64,000 nt of DNA from Lingula anatina (Eukaryota; Animalia; Brachiopoda): NCBI GenBank assembly GCA_051362555.1, contig CM120641.1, forward strand, positions 31,068,401 to 31,132,400. Reading direction: 5' to 3'. The stretch's first letter is position 1, and every line of letters starts with the position of its first letter. Both the position numbers and the translations under genes were made by a program. Positions 25,951 to 39,043 of this stretch are shown piece by piece. The notes beneath the pieces were generated by a model. The model did not search any database, was not told the origin of the DNA, and worked only from the letters and a program-made list of their open reading frames with translations.

Positions 25951-28900
25951 CAGTTTTGTGCAGAGAAGATGCCATTACGGATATGCTTACTTCAAAAACG
26001 ATTAACTTGTCTTACGTACGCCCCTTTAGAGGACAAAAGAATTGTGTGAAAGTCCGTAGGCTACAGGACAATGCCGACTTACGTACATCTTACTCACATC
26101 TTACGTACATCTTACACACATGCAGCGATGAGTAAGAAGGGGTGGGCTTACGCAAATAGGGTGACGGCGGGGTGTTTCTCGCCTTTCGGCAACACACAAT
26201 CATGTGTGAAAACAGGCGTGATATATGATCCCGCTTAATTGTGGGCTATTAAATCGTCCTCTGTTGCGCTGCGACGCGACCCTTTGCCCTGGTTAGAATG
26301 GGATGTTAAAGAGTTATTCACATTGATTTACTGATTTCTTGTAAATGATACCTTTGTCAATGAGTCGATGATACGTCACTGTGTTGTGGTCTATAATACT
26401 GCAGGTCCAGTTTCCCCACTAACTGTGATGCAACCCAGGCATAACTTTGACTAAGTGAGTCAGTGAGCCGACTTTAAAATGTCAAAAAAAAAAGAAATAA
26501 ATAAATAACATTTAAACTCAAAATAATTTCCCTTTTTTCACCGACGTCCGACTAATCATACTGTTCAATCGGAGTAACATAAATGCGAAAACTCGTAATA
26601 AGTTTCACGGCACTTTCACGTCACATGACTCTGTACAAATTTAACGAAGGCCATTTGTGCCAAGGTAAACGCTTGGTTCATTTCCTCTAGCTTCCGGTTT
26701 TTAAGCCAATCAGTACTTCGTTGACATTTTACACTACACGTACGACTACATGTGTCAAATTAATGCAAAATGGCGGGAAAGTGGGCTGGAATAGCCGTCT
26801 TGATTTAAGCAGGTATTTGACCACTGTTGTGTGGCTCAGTTTATAGTGAAGGAGGTTTTATATCTTGTTCTGCTTGCTTGACTATCGCCAGAGGCTTAAG
26901 GTGTGAATATCACTGTAACACTACCTTTGTTAAACGCACAATTACAGGCCAGTCATTATCGGTGGGGGTGAGGGGGGGGGTTAAACGCTACATCTATTAT
27001 TATATTACAATATTTAGAGCCTGTGTCGGCTTTGACAAGAGTCAGTATGGTGAACAATTCTAGATTGTAAAGAGGTGCTAATGGTAATCCGTAATTATGC
27101 CGTTTCTGTAGCACGTCCCTCCCTCCTTGATTTTAGTTTGCTAACTAGTTGATACCCTATTTAGCGCAGTCTAATTTTAAGAATGTTGTGTTTTTTTTTT
27201 TTACCCGTTAAAGCAACGTCCAATCCTATGTAATGAACATCAAACTTACAGATCACACCAACAGCATAACATTTTAACGGAATCTCTTTCTGTAATGTTT
27301 GTGTTAATTGGTGGTGGGAAAAGTCTTATTATTCAATGATTAAAATAATTGTAGAAATAGGGCTACATGTAGTCGCACAAAAGCACATTCCTTAATACTG
27401 GGATCAATTCCAGGGTGTAGGGTTTCGTATATTTTGTAACTGCACTATTATCTTACCAACTTTGGACAGCTGGCTAGCAGACAGCTCCGTGCTTTAGATT
27501 TCCTCTTGGGATGATAATTTCACTGTTGTCAGGTGCTGGTTTCGTATCGGCAGTTGCCGCAGGGAGCGTGATTGAAATCAAACTTGGCACATCTTGAAAG
27601 TTTAAGTCGCACAAAAGATTTTCAGGCGACACTTTGAATCAGAGCTGCCACGTAAGCTAACAGTTTAATTACTGCAACGTACAGGTAAATTGAGAGTTCC
27701 AATAAGATCGCCATCTTCCTATCTCTCCATCAACATATTTCTTGAGACTGCCTTTATTTTCGTTCACTGTTCAACAAGGATAATTATCAAACGAAGAACA
27801 TCGTATGAAGAAGGGATTTTTATTTATTATTTTATTCATGAAACGATAAGAAATCTGCTCGTTTCAGCAGAAGAACGGGAATATAAAACCATTAATTTAA
27901 AATAAAGTTCTTTGAAAATTACAATTTAAAATAAAGTTCTTAAAAAACTGCTTGCTTAAATCATTCCATCAAGATGCATGAGAACTAAATCTGGATCGAA
28001 TAAGTTGTATGAATAATGTCATATAAGAATATTTGCTATATAAATATATGCCAGACATTTCCTTTATTGCGATAAATAAAATATTCTGATATAAATTCGA
28101 AAAAAAAACCACAGAAGAAACATCCTCGCCAGTAATAGGTGCTGGTTACAGTCCGTATCGGTAACGTATAATGTGACAGAACGAGCTTGCATGCACCAAA
28201 CCAAGCAAAGTTCAACCAAAAAAATTGTAACATTTATTGGTAATGATAGCCGGTCAGATTCCATGAAAACATTATATAACCATGCTGTAGTATTTGATCA
28301 TTGTGTGGACACATATAAATTATTGTGATGGTACATTTATGCTGCCTGCAAGTTCCTTCAGTTAAGAAAAACCCTTAACTATGGTGAATATTAATGGCTT
28401 AATACAAGAGCAGTTTTTATATGCTCGCACTCGCCCTGTTTTAAAGTTGTGGTTCATTAGTAAGACATTGGTACCAAAGAAAACAGCTTAATTCAAATGA
28501 AGGTCTTCAAACTAATATGTAGAAGCGTTAAATCCAGTTGCCGTTAGGATATTTCTTGTAACGAAATTGTAATGACGATAAGCGAGCATTGATATTCATC
28601 AGAAACCAGGTGAGATCGTTGATTAGGGAAGGTGGGCATAAATAATGGAATAATGGTGCGTGGGTAAAGCCATAATTCGACGTACAAGTCACTGGATATT
28701 ATCGTCGTCGTTTTAATCTCCAATTGAATACTCCGCGCCGCTTCAAAATTAAAAGAAAAGAAAAAAAAACGCGTTTGGATAGATTACCCGGTCCCTGTTA
28801 TTTTTTGTGATCGAAAAGGTTAGGGCAAAGCCAGGTTAAACTGCAATCAATTATACTCTCAAAATTTATAATAATGTGAGCATTTCAATGTAATAATTTG

Positions 28901-29899
28901 AGCTGAAATTGATACCTAAAGGAAAAACGTAAAATGTGCTGTCTTATTTGGGTTATGGTTCCTTTATTTTCAATATTCAGAATCAACAACACAGGGAATT
29001 TCAAAATCTACAACACAATTTACAGCAAAATAAAAACTGTTACTATGTGCGCAGCAAAAACGCCTGTTGGAACTATTTTAGGAGTGACATTAATTTGTAA
29101 CCGAGCCTTGAGAACCAAGACATCGTGAAGAGAGAAAATGCTATCTTAATCCTAGGTCCCAACTACGTTTTGGACGCACGGTTTTTAGGTTTCTTGCGTC
29201 CGTCTAGGGAGTAGCTTAATCGCAGGGAGGGAATCAAGTAAAGCCTAGGTCCCAACCGAAAGTATGGGCTGCTATGTGTGGTCTACGGTCAAAAAATGGG
29301 GGAAAAGTTCGTGCGTGAGGAGCACGTCCATCGTGCGACTCTTGGAGGACGCAAACAGCACGTAGAAACTTTTCGACCTGATCAACAGCCGCTTCGTGCG
29401 ATCTTGCTTCGTCCTAGCCGGACGCAAGGAACCTAAAAGCCGTGCGTGGAAAACGTAGTTGGGACCTAGGCTTAACTTTTCGACATGATCAACAGCCGCT
29501 ACGTGCGATCTTGCTACGTCCTAGCCGGACGCAAGGAACCTAAAAAACCGTGCGTGGAAAACGTATTTGGGACCTAGGCTTTAAATACTTACTGAAGGAC
29601 GAATACAATGAAAGCGTGCCACATATAGATGAACAATGATTGTGTGCAGTCGGGCAGATAAGCGGTTGGGACTTGGGAGATGACAATTAAAGCTGTCACT
29701 CAGCAGCATCGGTAGAGGGAGAGGTGGCAATTAAGGCTGTCACTCATCACCTTAAACGAGGCCAACTCAACTAACTTCCCTTACCCCAGCTGACTTACTC
29801 TAAGCATTGTGTCCTATTGTGTTTACCCTGTAATTATGTGCAATTTGCGATACGTAAGTTTATCCATATCCGTAATGTCACCTTCTCTGCACAAAACTG
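25951..29899. mobile_element. Non-autonomous TA-TSD DNA transposon (Tc1/mariner-pogo-like termini)
   Basis: TIR CAGTTTTGTGCAGAGAAG(A/G)TG(C/A)CATTACGGATATG at both ends with a TA TSD; the satellite is continuous across it. No recognisable transposase. Confidence 0.85.
29149..29580. mobile_element. Two nested Harbinger-type MITEs of one family
   Basis: TIR AGCCTAGGTCCCAA. The outer copy (29149-29580) has a TTA TSD and the inner copy (29242-29472) has a TAA TSD. Confidence 0.7.
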
Positions 29900-31459
29900 T
29901 ATGTGTATGTATATATTCTGATAACTGTGTATGTCTGTTTTGTTGCTGCGGTGTCTGTGTTTATCATAAAATAATAATATATTTTGATCACTGTGTTATA
30001 TCTGTGTTGTTACTACTGTATGTGTCTGCATATATTCATTATTAATGATATGTTTTCTGATTTCAGCCTAGACAAAGTTATGTTTCTGCATTATCATCTC
30101 ACTGAGGACAGCTAAACTCATCTGATCACTACCAAGAACTAAAATGTGGCAGCTTAAGTACAGGTCTGTGTAATAATGATATTACTATACTGATGATTCT
30201 CTTCAGTCCCCCTTTTGAACACCACTTACTTTAATATATGTTCAGAGTGAAAAGGTTAACTTTTGGGGGGGGGGGGCTGAGCAAAAATATGTCAGTTTTT
30301 CAGATTGACAAAATTTCATGTACACCTTTTGATGCCTGTGCACTGTATGTGTGTGTCTGATATTTTGATCACTGTGTATGTCTGTTTTATCGCTATATGC
30401 GTTTATCATGATATAATAATATATTTTGATCACTGTGTGATATCTGTGTTGTAACCAATGTATGTGTCTCCATATATTGGTTATTTATGATATGTTTTCT
30501 GATTTTAGCACAGATGAAGGTGTGTTTTCTGGATTATCATCTCACTGAGGACAGCTGAACTCGTGATCACTATCAAGAACTATAACATATGGCAGTTTCA
30601 GCACAGGTCAGTGCAACAATGATATTACTGTACTGGTGATTCTCTTCAGTCCCCCTTTTGAACACCACCACTATATATATAGTATCTGGAATATTTTCAT
30701 TTTGTAAAAGTGTCACAAAGTTCCCACTTAGTTTAATATATGTTCAAGGTGAAAAGGGTTAATGTGAACACATAGATGGAATGAGGGGGGTGCTGGTGAA
30801 AAATCTCTGTCAGTCTTTTGAAGTCTTTATATAAACAAATTTTCATTGTTACATTCTAATGCCAGTGTACTAACTGTCTGTTGTGACACAGTATGTGTAT
30901 GTATATATTCTGATAACTGTGTATGTCTGTTTTATCGCTATATGCGTTTATCATAATATAATAATATATTTTGATCACTGTGTGATATCTGTGTTGTAAC
31001 CAATGTATGTGTCTCCATATATTGTTTATTTATGATATGTTTTCTGATTTTAGCACAGATGAAGGTGTGTTTTCTGAATTATCATCTCACTGAGGACAGC
31101 TGACAACATATGGCAGTTTCAGCACAGGTCAGTGCAACAATGATATTACTATACTGGTGATTATCTTCAGTCCCCCTTTAGAACACCATCACTATATATA
31201 TATATATATATATAGTATCTGGAATATTATCATTTAGTAAAAGTGTCACTTAGATCCCACTTATAGTTTTACATATGTTCAAAGTGAAAAGGGTTAATGT
31301 GAACTCATAGATGGAATGAGGGGGGTGCTGGTGAAAAATCTCTGTCAGTCTTTTTAAGTCTTTATATAAACAAATTTTCATTGTTACATTCTAATGCCAG
31401 TGCACTAGCTGTCTTTTGTGACACAGTATGTGTATGTATATATTCTGATAACCATGTAT
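29900..31459. repeat. Satellite array continuation (C-A-B, ~3 monomers)
   Basis: Same monomers. Confidence 0.95.
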
Positions 31460-34319
31460 GGCAGCATTCTCAATGAATTAAGCCAGGCTTTACAAATCCT
31501 GAGACTAAATATGGCGGACGTACATGAAAGGAAAACCGCCTAATCTTTTAATAGTCTCTCATACGCCTCCCCACACGTCGTCCCTGCGGGGTACAGTAAT
31601 TAAATCTCGGCTCCGTTCGCCATGCGGAAGCTACCTGAGAAATATTAAGTGCGCATGCTCGTTGGTCTTGGGTCAGGGGCCGTATTCTCGAAAGGTTGTA
31701 ACTTACAAATTCTTGCAACTTTTCATGTAAGTCCGATCGTTCACGTAAGTTGGTTTTCTCGAAAGTTTGTAAGTTACAAACTCTTGTGTAAATATGCACG
31801 TAAATTTAAAACTGCTTCCGAGCTGTTGTAAGTCGCTACAAAAAGTTGTACGCATGCGCATTTGGTGAAAAGTCGAGGAGAGAGTGTTGTCTGCTGAAAT
31901 TTTATGCTCGTGTTTATTGTTGGATATTTTTGACAGCAAGTAAAATTATTAAACCATGGATCTATTATTATAGGCGAGAAAGGTTATCCTTTCGGATATT
32001 TCAGGTTAGTTGCCTAATGTTAATGATTTAGATGAGAACAATACGTTTATGTCGCTCACGTAATCGCAACATGGCAGTTTGGTGGGGTGTCCGAATTTTT
32101 AAATAAAAACGAAAACTTGTATTTTTCAAAGAACGTGAAAGAACTATAAGAGCTGCGCGAAAGCCAAGTTTATGAGCTTTTTGGTGATATAAGGCACTTC
32201 AGTTGTTACTCAAGATTAATAAATTGAGCCACGGTTGAATTTCAGTTTTTGAATCTTCGACTTTTTTTAGGATGAAGATACAAGTTTAGTCAGTGAATAA
32301 ATTAAAATTATACCAAAACACCAAGTTTAATAGATGCGGTTTTGTTTGGAAGAAAATTGGCTTTCTACTAATGTTTAATGTCTGCTGTCATTATATTGTT
32401 TTCAAAAGTCCTGTGGTAATTTGTCGTCAAGGTGTATCTGAAAATCGCCATTTATATCAGCAATTCTTTAACTCAATTTCTTATGCCTCTATTCCATACA
32501 TGTGGCAGAGCAAATATATGTCTTCTACATCACTAAAAAGTCCGTTTCAAATGCTTTAAAATGATATGCTGTACAGCATGTATCAAAAAGTATCGAGAGC
32601 CTGCCAAAGGATTTGAAACATGTAGAAAAAAAATGTTGCAATGTTGACCCCCTTTCCGGTGACGTTGTGACCTCGATCAGCTGATGGCTGTATTTAAAAC
32701 TATACAGTTCCATTACTTTTATTTGTAGGTTCTGTAAATAATAATGAATTGGCAGCATTCAGTGATGATTATAATGACTTATCATCTACTTTCGAATGAT
32801 TTTAGGAATTTAAACAGTAATTTAACTAATTTGAAAGGCTTGGTTTATCTATTTAAACGAAGGAGATCCAGTTCAAATAATGAGGTAATCATCATTGATG
32901 GAAAAAAACAAATGACTTAAAACTGTTTAATACCCAAAAAGACTTAGTAGTAATGTGTGGGCTAGTGAAAGATTGTACATATTGGCATTTGTAATAGTAT
33001 TCCACGTCCACTTGGCTTTCCTTGCATAACACTGTACTTATTAAAAAGTTAAAAGTAAATTCTAATTTAGAATAAACTGACACTTGCTTAGGTTACACTT
33101 GATAATGACAATTGTAGCCGTTTCTTGCTACTATTTTATTTTGAAATTGATTCCATATTGCAAAATAAATTCCCTGCATTTATTTAGTACGATGTACTTC
33201 CTGCAGTCCTAGGCAAAATAAAACCAGAATACACCTTAATTAAATCTTTTGCCAAAGGAATCACTGCTTATATTCATTATTAAACTTTCCTCATGAAATA
33301 AAAATGTTTAGTTTTGTTTAGTTTTGTTACAATAATAATAATGAATGTAAAATGATTTATTTATTTCATCACAATAATAACAATGATAATAACTTTAAGT
33401 TTAAATGCTTATTATTTTTTAAAAAGCATGCTGGAACATTTCTCTTTTATGATGCTTGTGCACACACTCACACATACATGCACGCACAAACAAGATTGTG
33501 TCTCTTTCCATCAAATATATTGCTTATTATGAATTATTTTGGGGTTTGTTTTGAATAAAGAATTCTTTTGCATTTCTTATCACAATTTTTATGGCTAAAA
33601 CTAAAATTACATGTACTGTACAGTGAATTTCATTCTATTTTCAGGTAACTGAATTATTCAATTTGAGTAAACAAATAAAAACATCTTATAATTATGCTTT
33701 GAAATATATTTCATCTGTGGCTTATAATTAATATTCACAGAACAAGTCAGTTTTAGGGATAACTACCACCTTTCACTTTATATTTCATTTTTTATGAGCT
33801 ATCATGGATGATTGTATAACTTTCTATGATTAAAGTGCGCAAAGTCAAGATTCATACCGGAGCACTAAGGACAAATTCAAGGATTTTATAAGAATTTTGA
33901 AACTTAAATTCAATTACTTTTCAACGGCTCTCTGAATGCAAATGAGAACAATGTACTGTACAGTCACTCATAAGTTTACATACCAAAGGGAAAAAAAAAC
34001 AAGAAATATATCATTTAAATTAATTTTTTACACACTGGTGATGAAACATTACATCTACCTTCAAACAAATCTACCTTCAAACAACAGAGTTACACAATTC
34101 CATGTGTTTGATACAACCACGTAACCCAAATTTTCTTTACTTCTCTATAGCTAGTAATGAACATCCAAACTCCAAAACTCTACATTGATTTAAAGGACAC
34201 CATCTCATCCCTATTAAATACCAGTGTGCTGCAAACCATAGCATAGCACTAGGTAAAATATATCAAGTTTGTGGTCCAAATTTTTTCAAGACTGAAAACT
34301 GAAGGACAAAACAGGCACC

Positions 34320-37300
34320 TTATCTGTTGTTAAAATACTGAACATAGGCTTCTCTTATGGCTTTGGCATCGTACTGTCTCATGTCATGTCCTGGTTGGTA
34401 TCCAATATGATTTCGATCATCCTCCACCAAGTCCATCCACTCCTGGTCAAAGCCTTCATTGTGAACCATGACAAGATTATGCAGTGTAAAGCATGCTAGG
34501 ATCAGCACTGGCACAAATTCAGTTTCAAAATTTAGCCTTTGTTGAAGTATTTGCCATTTCCCTTTGCATCTACCAAAACACCCCTCAATGCACAATCTTC
34601 CTTGAGAGTGGCAATAGTTGAAGTTCGGTTGTGCTTGAGAAAGGACACCAAACTCTGAAAATGTTTTTAACAGCCAAGGTTTGAGGGGATAGGCAGGGTC
34701 ACCTAATATCAAAATCGGCACTTCTACTCCATTTATCAGTCGACTTGTCGGGGGGAATAAAGTCCCACTTTCTGCCTTTTGAAAGATGTTCGACTTTGCT
34801 AGTACTCTGGCATCATGCACTCGGCCTGGCCAGCCTGATACCACATGCAAGACTCTTAGTTCATGATCACATATCACCTGTAATGGAAAGTTGAAAAATG
34901 TATGAAATGTGACAAGACTAAAATAACATAATTATAAATGCTGCTTCTAAAATCCAGTGAAAAATTGCCAAATATTAATAAGGGTCTGAAATAAAACCAC
35001 CAACATTTGAATCATGTTCCAAGACTTTCATAAAACACAGATTTAGCACCACCAAAATGTGTGGCTATGTACTGAGAATACTGTTAACTGTGTATTTGTA
35101 AATTATGGGGTGGAATAGGTGTAACTGTACTTAGTGGGCAATGTTTGGTTTTGTATGAAACGAGGCCTCTACAGAGAATCCTGCATGTTGTGTATTTATT
35201 ATTCTTTAACTGACTGACAATGGAATAAAAACTTTTTCTGTTGTAGTAATCGGTCTTGTGTTCGCTTGGAGCAATAATGGGCACGTGTGTTCCATCAATA
35301 GCCTCTTCACATTGTGGAACACCCCATTTGGCCTCAAATCCCTCCACAATGTTTTGTAGTCTTCTCCCAGTAGGCATCTGAATGAACTTAGGAGAAAGAT
35401 GGGTGGCTATTGCCTGCACAGTTTCTCGGAAAATGTTGCAGGCTGAAGATATCCCAACTCCAAACAAATGACCAATGCTTCTGTATTCCATACCAGAGCC
35501 ACATATCCAGAGAGTCACTGCAACCCTGAGTTCTACTGAATGACATCTAGGAAAAACAAAAATTGTTGTTATTGTACAATGTTATGTAATGACAATTCCC
35601 CAGTTTGGGTTATGAATATAAAAATATTTGGGCTTATAATTTTCAATCACGACAGTGAATATCCCTGATATTGTTCCATATCAGTTGCACTACTGTTTTG
35701 TTATTTATTTACCACCAACTTTGGAATTACACAATTTTGTAAAAGAAAAAAAAGTAACAGTTTATGCTTAATTACCCATATGCTTTTTATATATAACAAT
35801 AATGCAACATGACTGTATAATTGACAGTAGTCTGTACCCTTTAGATCAACAAGAAGACACCACTGTAATATTTAAACTATAAAATGCAAACTTTATGGAC
35901 TCTTTATGCAAACTTTATGCATTCTTGTTCTTTCAGTTATTCATCAAGCATATACTGCCACTTACGTACTTTCTGTTGGAGTTTTTCTCCAGAAAAGGTC
36001 TAAGTTCAAGGCAAAGATACTGGAATGTTGCTCTTTTCATTCGGAAATTTTCCATCCAATCTCCATCCGTAAAATTCCGATTCACTATATATTCCCACCA
36101 GTGGCTTGATCTAAAATATAATTTTAAAATTTTACATCAAGATGAAAAAAATCCAATTCTGACTGTCCAGAAAAGACTTTATACATCCCCAGAAATGCAC
36201 TGCATGACGTCACGTTTAGCCCACTGCGCATGCGTGCACTTTTAATGAGATGCTAGATTGCCATAGGAAAATGAATGGGTTCGCAATTCGTGGGTAATTC
36301 GTGATAATTGACAAACTAACGGTCTGATGCCGATAGACAGCAACGCTGTGCTATGCTTCAAGCAACTCCTGACCAAATATCGCTAGGGTTTTTTAACAAA
36401 ATTCTGTTGTACACACGTACTAAGAAGTTTGCCGTGTATTGCCTAGCCTACTCTCAGCAAAACGCACAATTTTTCAGAAATAGTGATTTTAGACGGTAGA
36501 TTCACTCAGAAACAAAGGCAAACTCATTCGTTGCCGATAGCACCAGCAGATAGCAGCACCATATAGAGTCTGATTTAAAACTTTCATGACAATTGAAGAA
36601 TTTTTACCACTGTACAATGGTGTCCAAAAAAAGCACTTGGCACAAATGTGAAACTGCCCAGTGCAAGGCCAAGAATTCAATCAGTATTTCCAATCATATT
36701 ATCAGATTCTACATAAATTGACTGACAATATCACTACTCAGTATTTAACTAATTTCTTAATCCAAAATTCCTATCATCATTTAATAATAATGCTAAATTC
36801 TTCTTTCAGATTGCTATTTATTTTAAATTTTAATGCTGCAACTGTTCCAAAATAATATTGTAGTAAAAGAAAAATGCAAATAAGAAGTGGAAGACCAATT
36901 TTACCCACATTATTCAATTATTTGAATGTAAAAAGAATAAGATCACGATTTAACAAATTAAAATAATCTTTCATGAACTCTTTCATGAATAACATATTTA
37001 ACAAAATTAAAGTTATAAATTAGTGGTAATGGCTTATTCTGGAATATATGACCTCTGCGCATCATCAGTACCTGACTTGGTACAGCATAGTTACTACTTG
37101 GATACAGAGTTTGATTTAATAATGTAACAATAACAACAATATATATTATAATAAACTTCTCTGCACATGTCAGACGCTTGTTACCATGAACTACCACTAC
37201 TTGACAACGGGCTGAGCACTTATCACAGAGTCTGTGTGCGATGCCATTGTTGTTCTGTGATTGGCTAGTTGAGACACGTGAAGCCCTACTGTATAGCGCC

Positions 37301-38374
37301 CTCGTGTATCGCGTGAATGCTGCGCATTTCTGGCCATGTTGCTTTCATCAAGGTATAGATATTTTGTTTACCTATGAATAATACTCTAAATGTGCAAAAT
37401 AATACAAAACTACAAGTGCTTAATCAATGTGAAATGCATGAAAAGCTAGACAGGAGAGTATGATATATGAAAGGGATTGGCCTGAAGTGATTTACCTGTG
37501 CTAACCTGCAGTGGCTGGTCATAATAATAATAACAATAATAATTATAATAATAATAATTTTATTAACGTCTCACATTTTAAAAATAAAACTCACCCTCCT
37601 AAGGGTTATGAGAGACTAAAAGCTGTACTGCATTTAAAATTCATTTAAGTTCTTCAAAATTATAACTTATCGACAAAACACATAAAAAGTATATTATATA
37701 TACTTTTCAAGCCCTCTTTTCCACATCACTGCGTATACTTTTTCAGCAGTATAAAATTGTATTTGGTCGTTTGGCATAAGGAATATAAACTTTTCATAGT
37801 CATGAAATGCGGTTAAAAGCATTCAAGTGTTCGTCTTATTTTATTTGCACGGTTAAAAAAACTCTTCTCTTATGTCTTTTATAGAGCACACAGTTAATTA
37901 AAAAATGTTTCTCACACTATATTTCCTTTGAGGAACAATAAATGCAAGTAGTGCATTTCAAATACAATGACATCGGTTAATTAAAACCATGTTCTCCATG
38001 CCATGGTTTCACCTCTTCTTATCATAAGTATTTTACCTTATTTTATTCCACCAAAACAAAAAATGGCGCATGTCACCTACCTTTCTTTCATCCAAACAGT
38101 TCGATCAGGCGTGGGGAACAAGGCAAACATCAGCATAAGAACGAACTGCGCCCTTTGACGAGACTGCATACGCAAAAATTCTGCCCACCTCCAACTCCGT
38201 CTACTAGGGCTGGGTATCTCTGTGAATATCTCCGTGAATATCTCTGGTGATATTATCTCCGTAGATATAGCTGATTCATTGCAGCTCTACGGGCCAATTC
38301 ATTCCATTTAGTCTCTGTTTTGAAAGATAATAGAACAGAAGAGCTTTTTTCCTTTGATCGCCTTCAGCCGCCAT
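34320..38374 (-). pseudogene. Harbinger (HARBI1-like DDE) transposase, 4 exons, inactivated
   Basis: Exons: ~38374-38081 (...RTVWMKER), 36110-35970 (SSHWWE...WMENFRMKRATFQYLC), ~35547-35210 (AIDGTH...YYNRK), 34877-34320 (GWPGRVHDARV, GDPAYP, EGCFGR, LHN). Exon 1 has a stop and frameshift, and the exon 3 donor reads TT instead of GT. Confidence 0.88.
37520..38000 (-). mobile_element. LINE 3' remnant with (ATT)n tail, in Harbinger intron 1
   Basis: Minus-strand EKHFLINCVLY resembles a LINE C-terminal CCHC region, followed by an ATT-rich tail. A similar 3' end occurs on the plus strand at ~57888-57955. Confidence 0.5.
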
Positions 38375-38610
38375 GCTTTCTTCACCACGAGTTTAACTGA
38401 TGAGCATGCACACTTAATATTTCTCAGGTAGCTTCCGCATGGCGAAGGGAGCCAAGATTTAATTACTGTACCCTGCAGGGACGACGTGTGGGGAGGCGTG
38501 TGAGAGGCGGAGAGACTATTAAAAGATTAGGCGGTTTTCCTTTCATGTATGTCTGCCATATTTAGTCTCAGGATTTGTAAAGCCTGGCTCAATTCGTTGA
38601 GAATGCGGTC

Positions 38611-39043
38611 TATGTCTGTTTTGTTGCTGCGGTGTCTGTGTTTATCATAAAATAATAATATATTTTGATCACTGTGTTATATCTGTGTTGTTACTACTGT
38701 ATGTGTCTGCATATATTCATTATTAATGATATGTTTTATGATTTCAGCCCAGACAAAGTTATGTTTCTGGATTATCATCTCACTGAGGACAGCTTAACTC
38801 ATCTGATCACTACCAAGAACTAAAATGTGGCAGCTTAAGTACAGGTCTGTGCAATAATGATATTACTATACTGGTGATTCTCTTCAGTCCCCCTTTTGAA
38901 CACCACTTACTTTAATATATGTTCAGAGTGAAAAGGGTTAATGTGAACTTTGGGGGGGGGCTGAGCAAAAATCTGTCAGTTTTTCAGATTGACAAAATTT
39001 CATGTATACCTTTTGATGCCTGTGCACTGTATGTGTGTGTCTG
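38611..39043. repeat. Satellite monomer (type C)
   Basis: Same monomer. Confidence 0.95.

Larger units (their letters stand above)
31460..38610 (-). mobile_element. PIF/Harbinger DNA transposon, 7.15 kb
   Basis: TIRs of ~200 bp (31460-~31658 vs ~38403-38610), a 3-bp TAT TSD in the satellite, and a Harbinger transposase inside. Confidence 0.92.

Noticed and set aside
6849-31459. CRISPR-like or other repeat-spacer array
   Set aside because: Units are ~500 bp and repeated in full with no unique spacers. The context is eukaryotic (introns, eukaryotic TEs) with no cas-like ORFs.
34320-35518. Domesticated host HARBI1 gene
   Set aside because: It lies between TIRs with a TSD and has stops and a broken splice donor, so it is a transposon copy.
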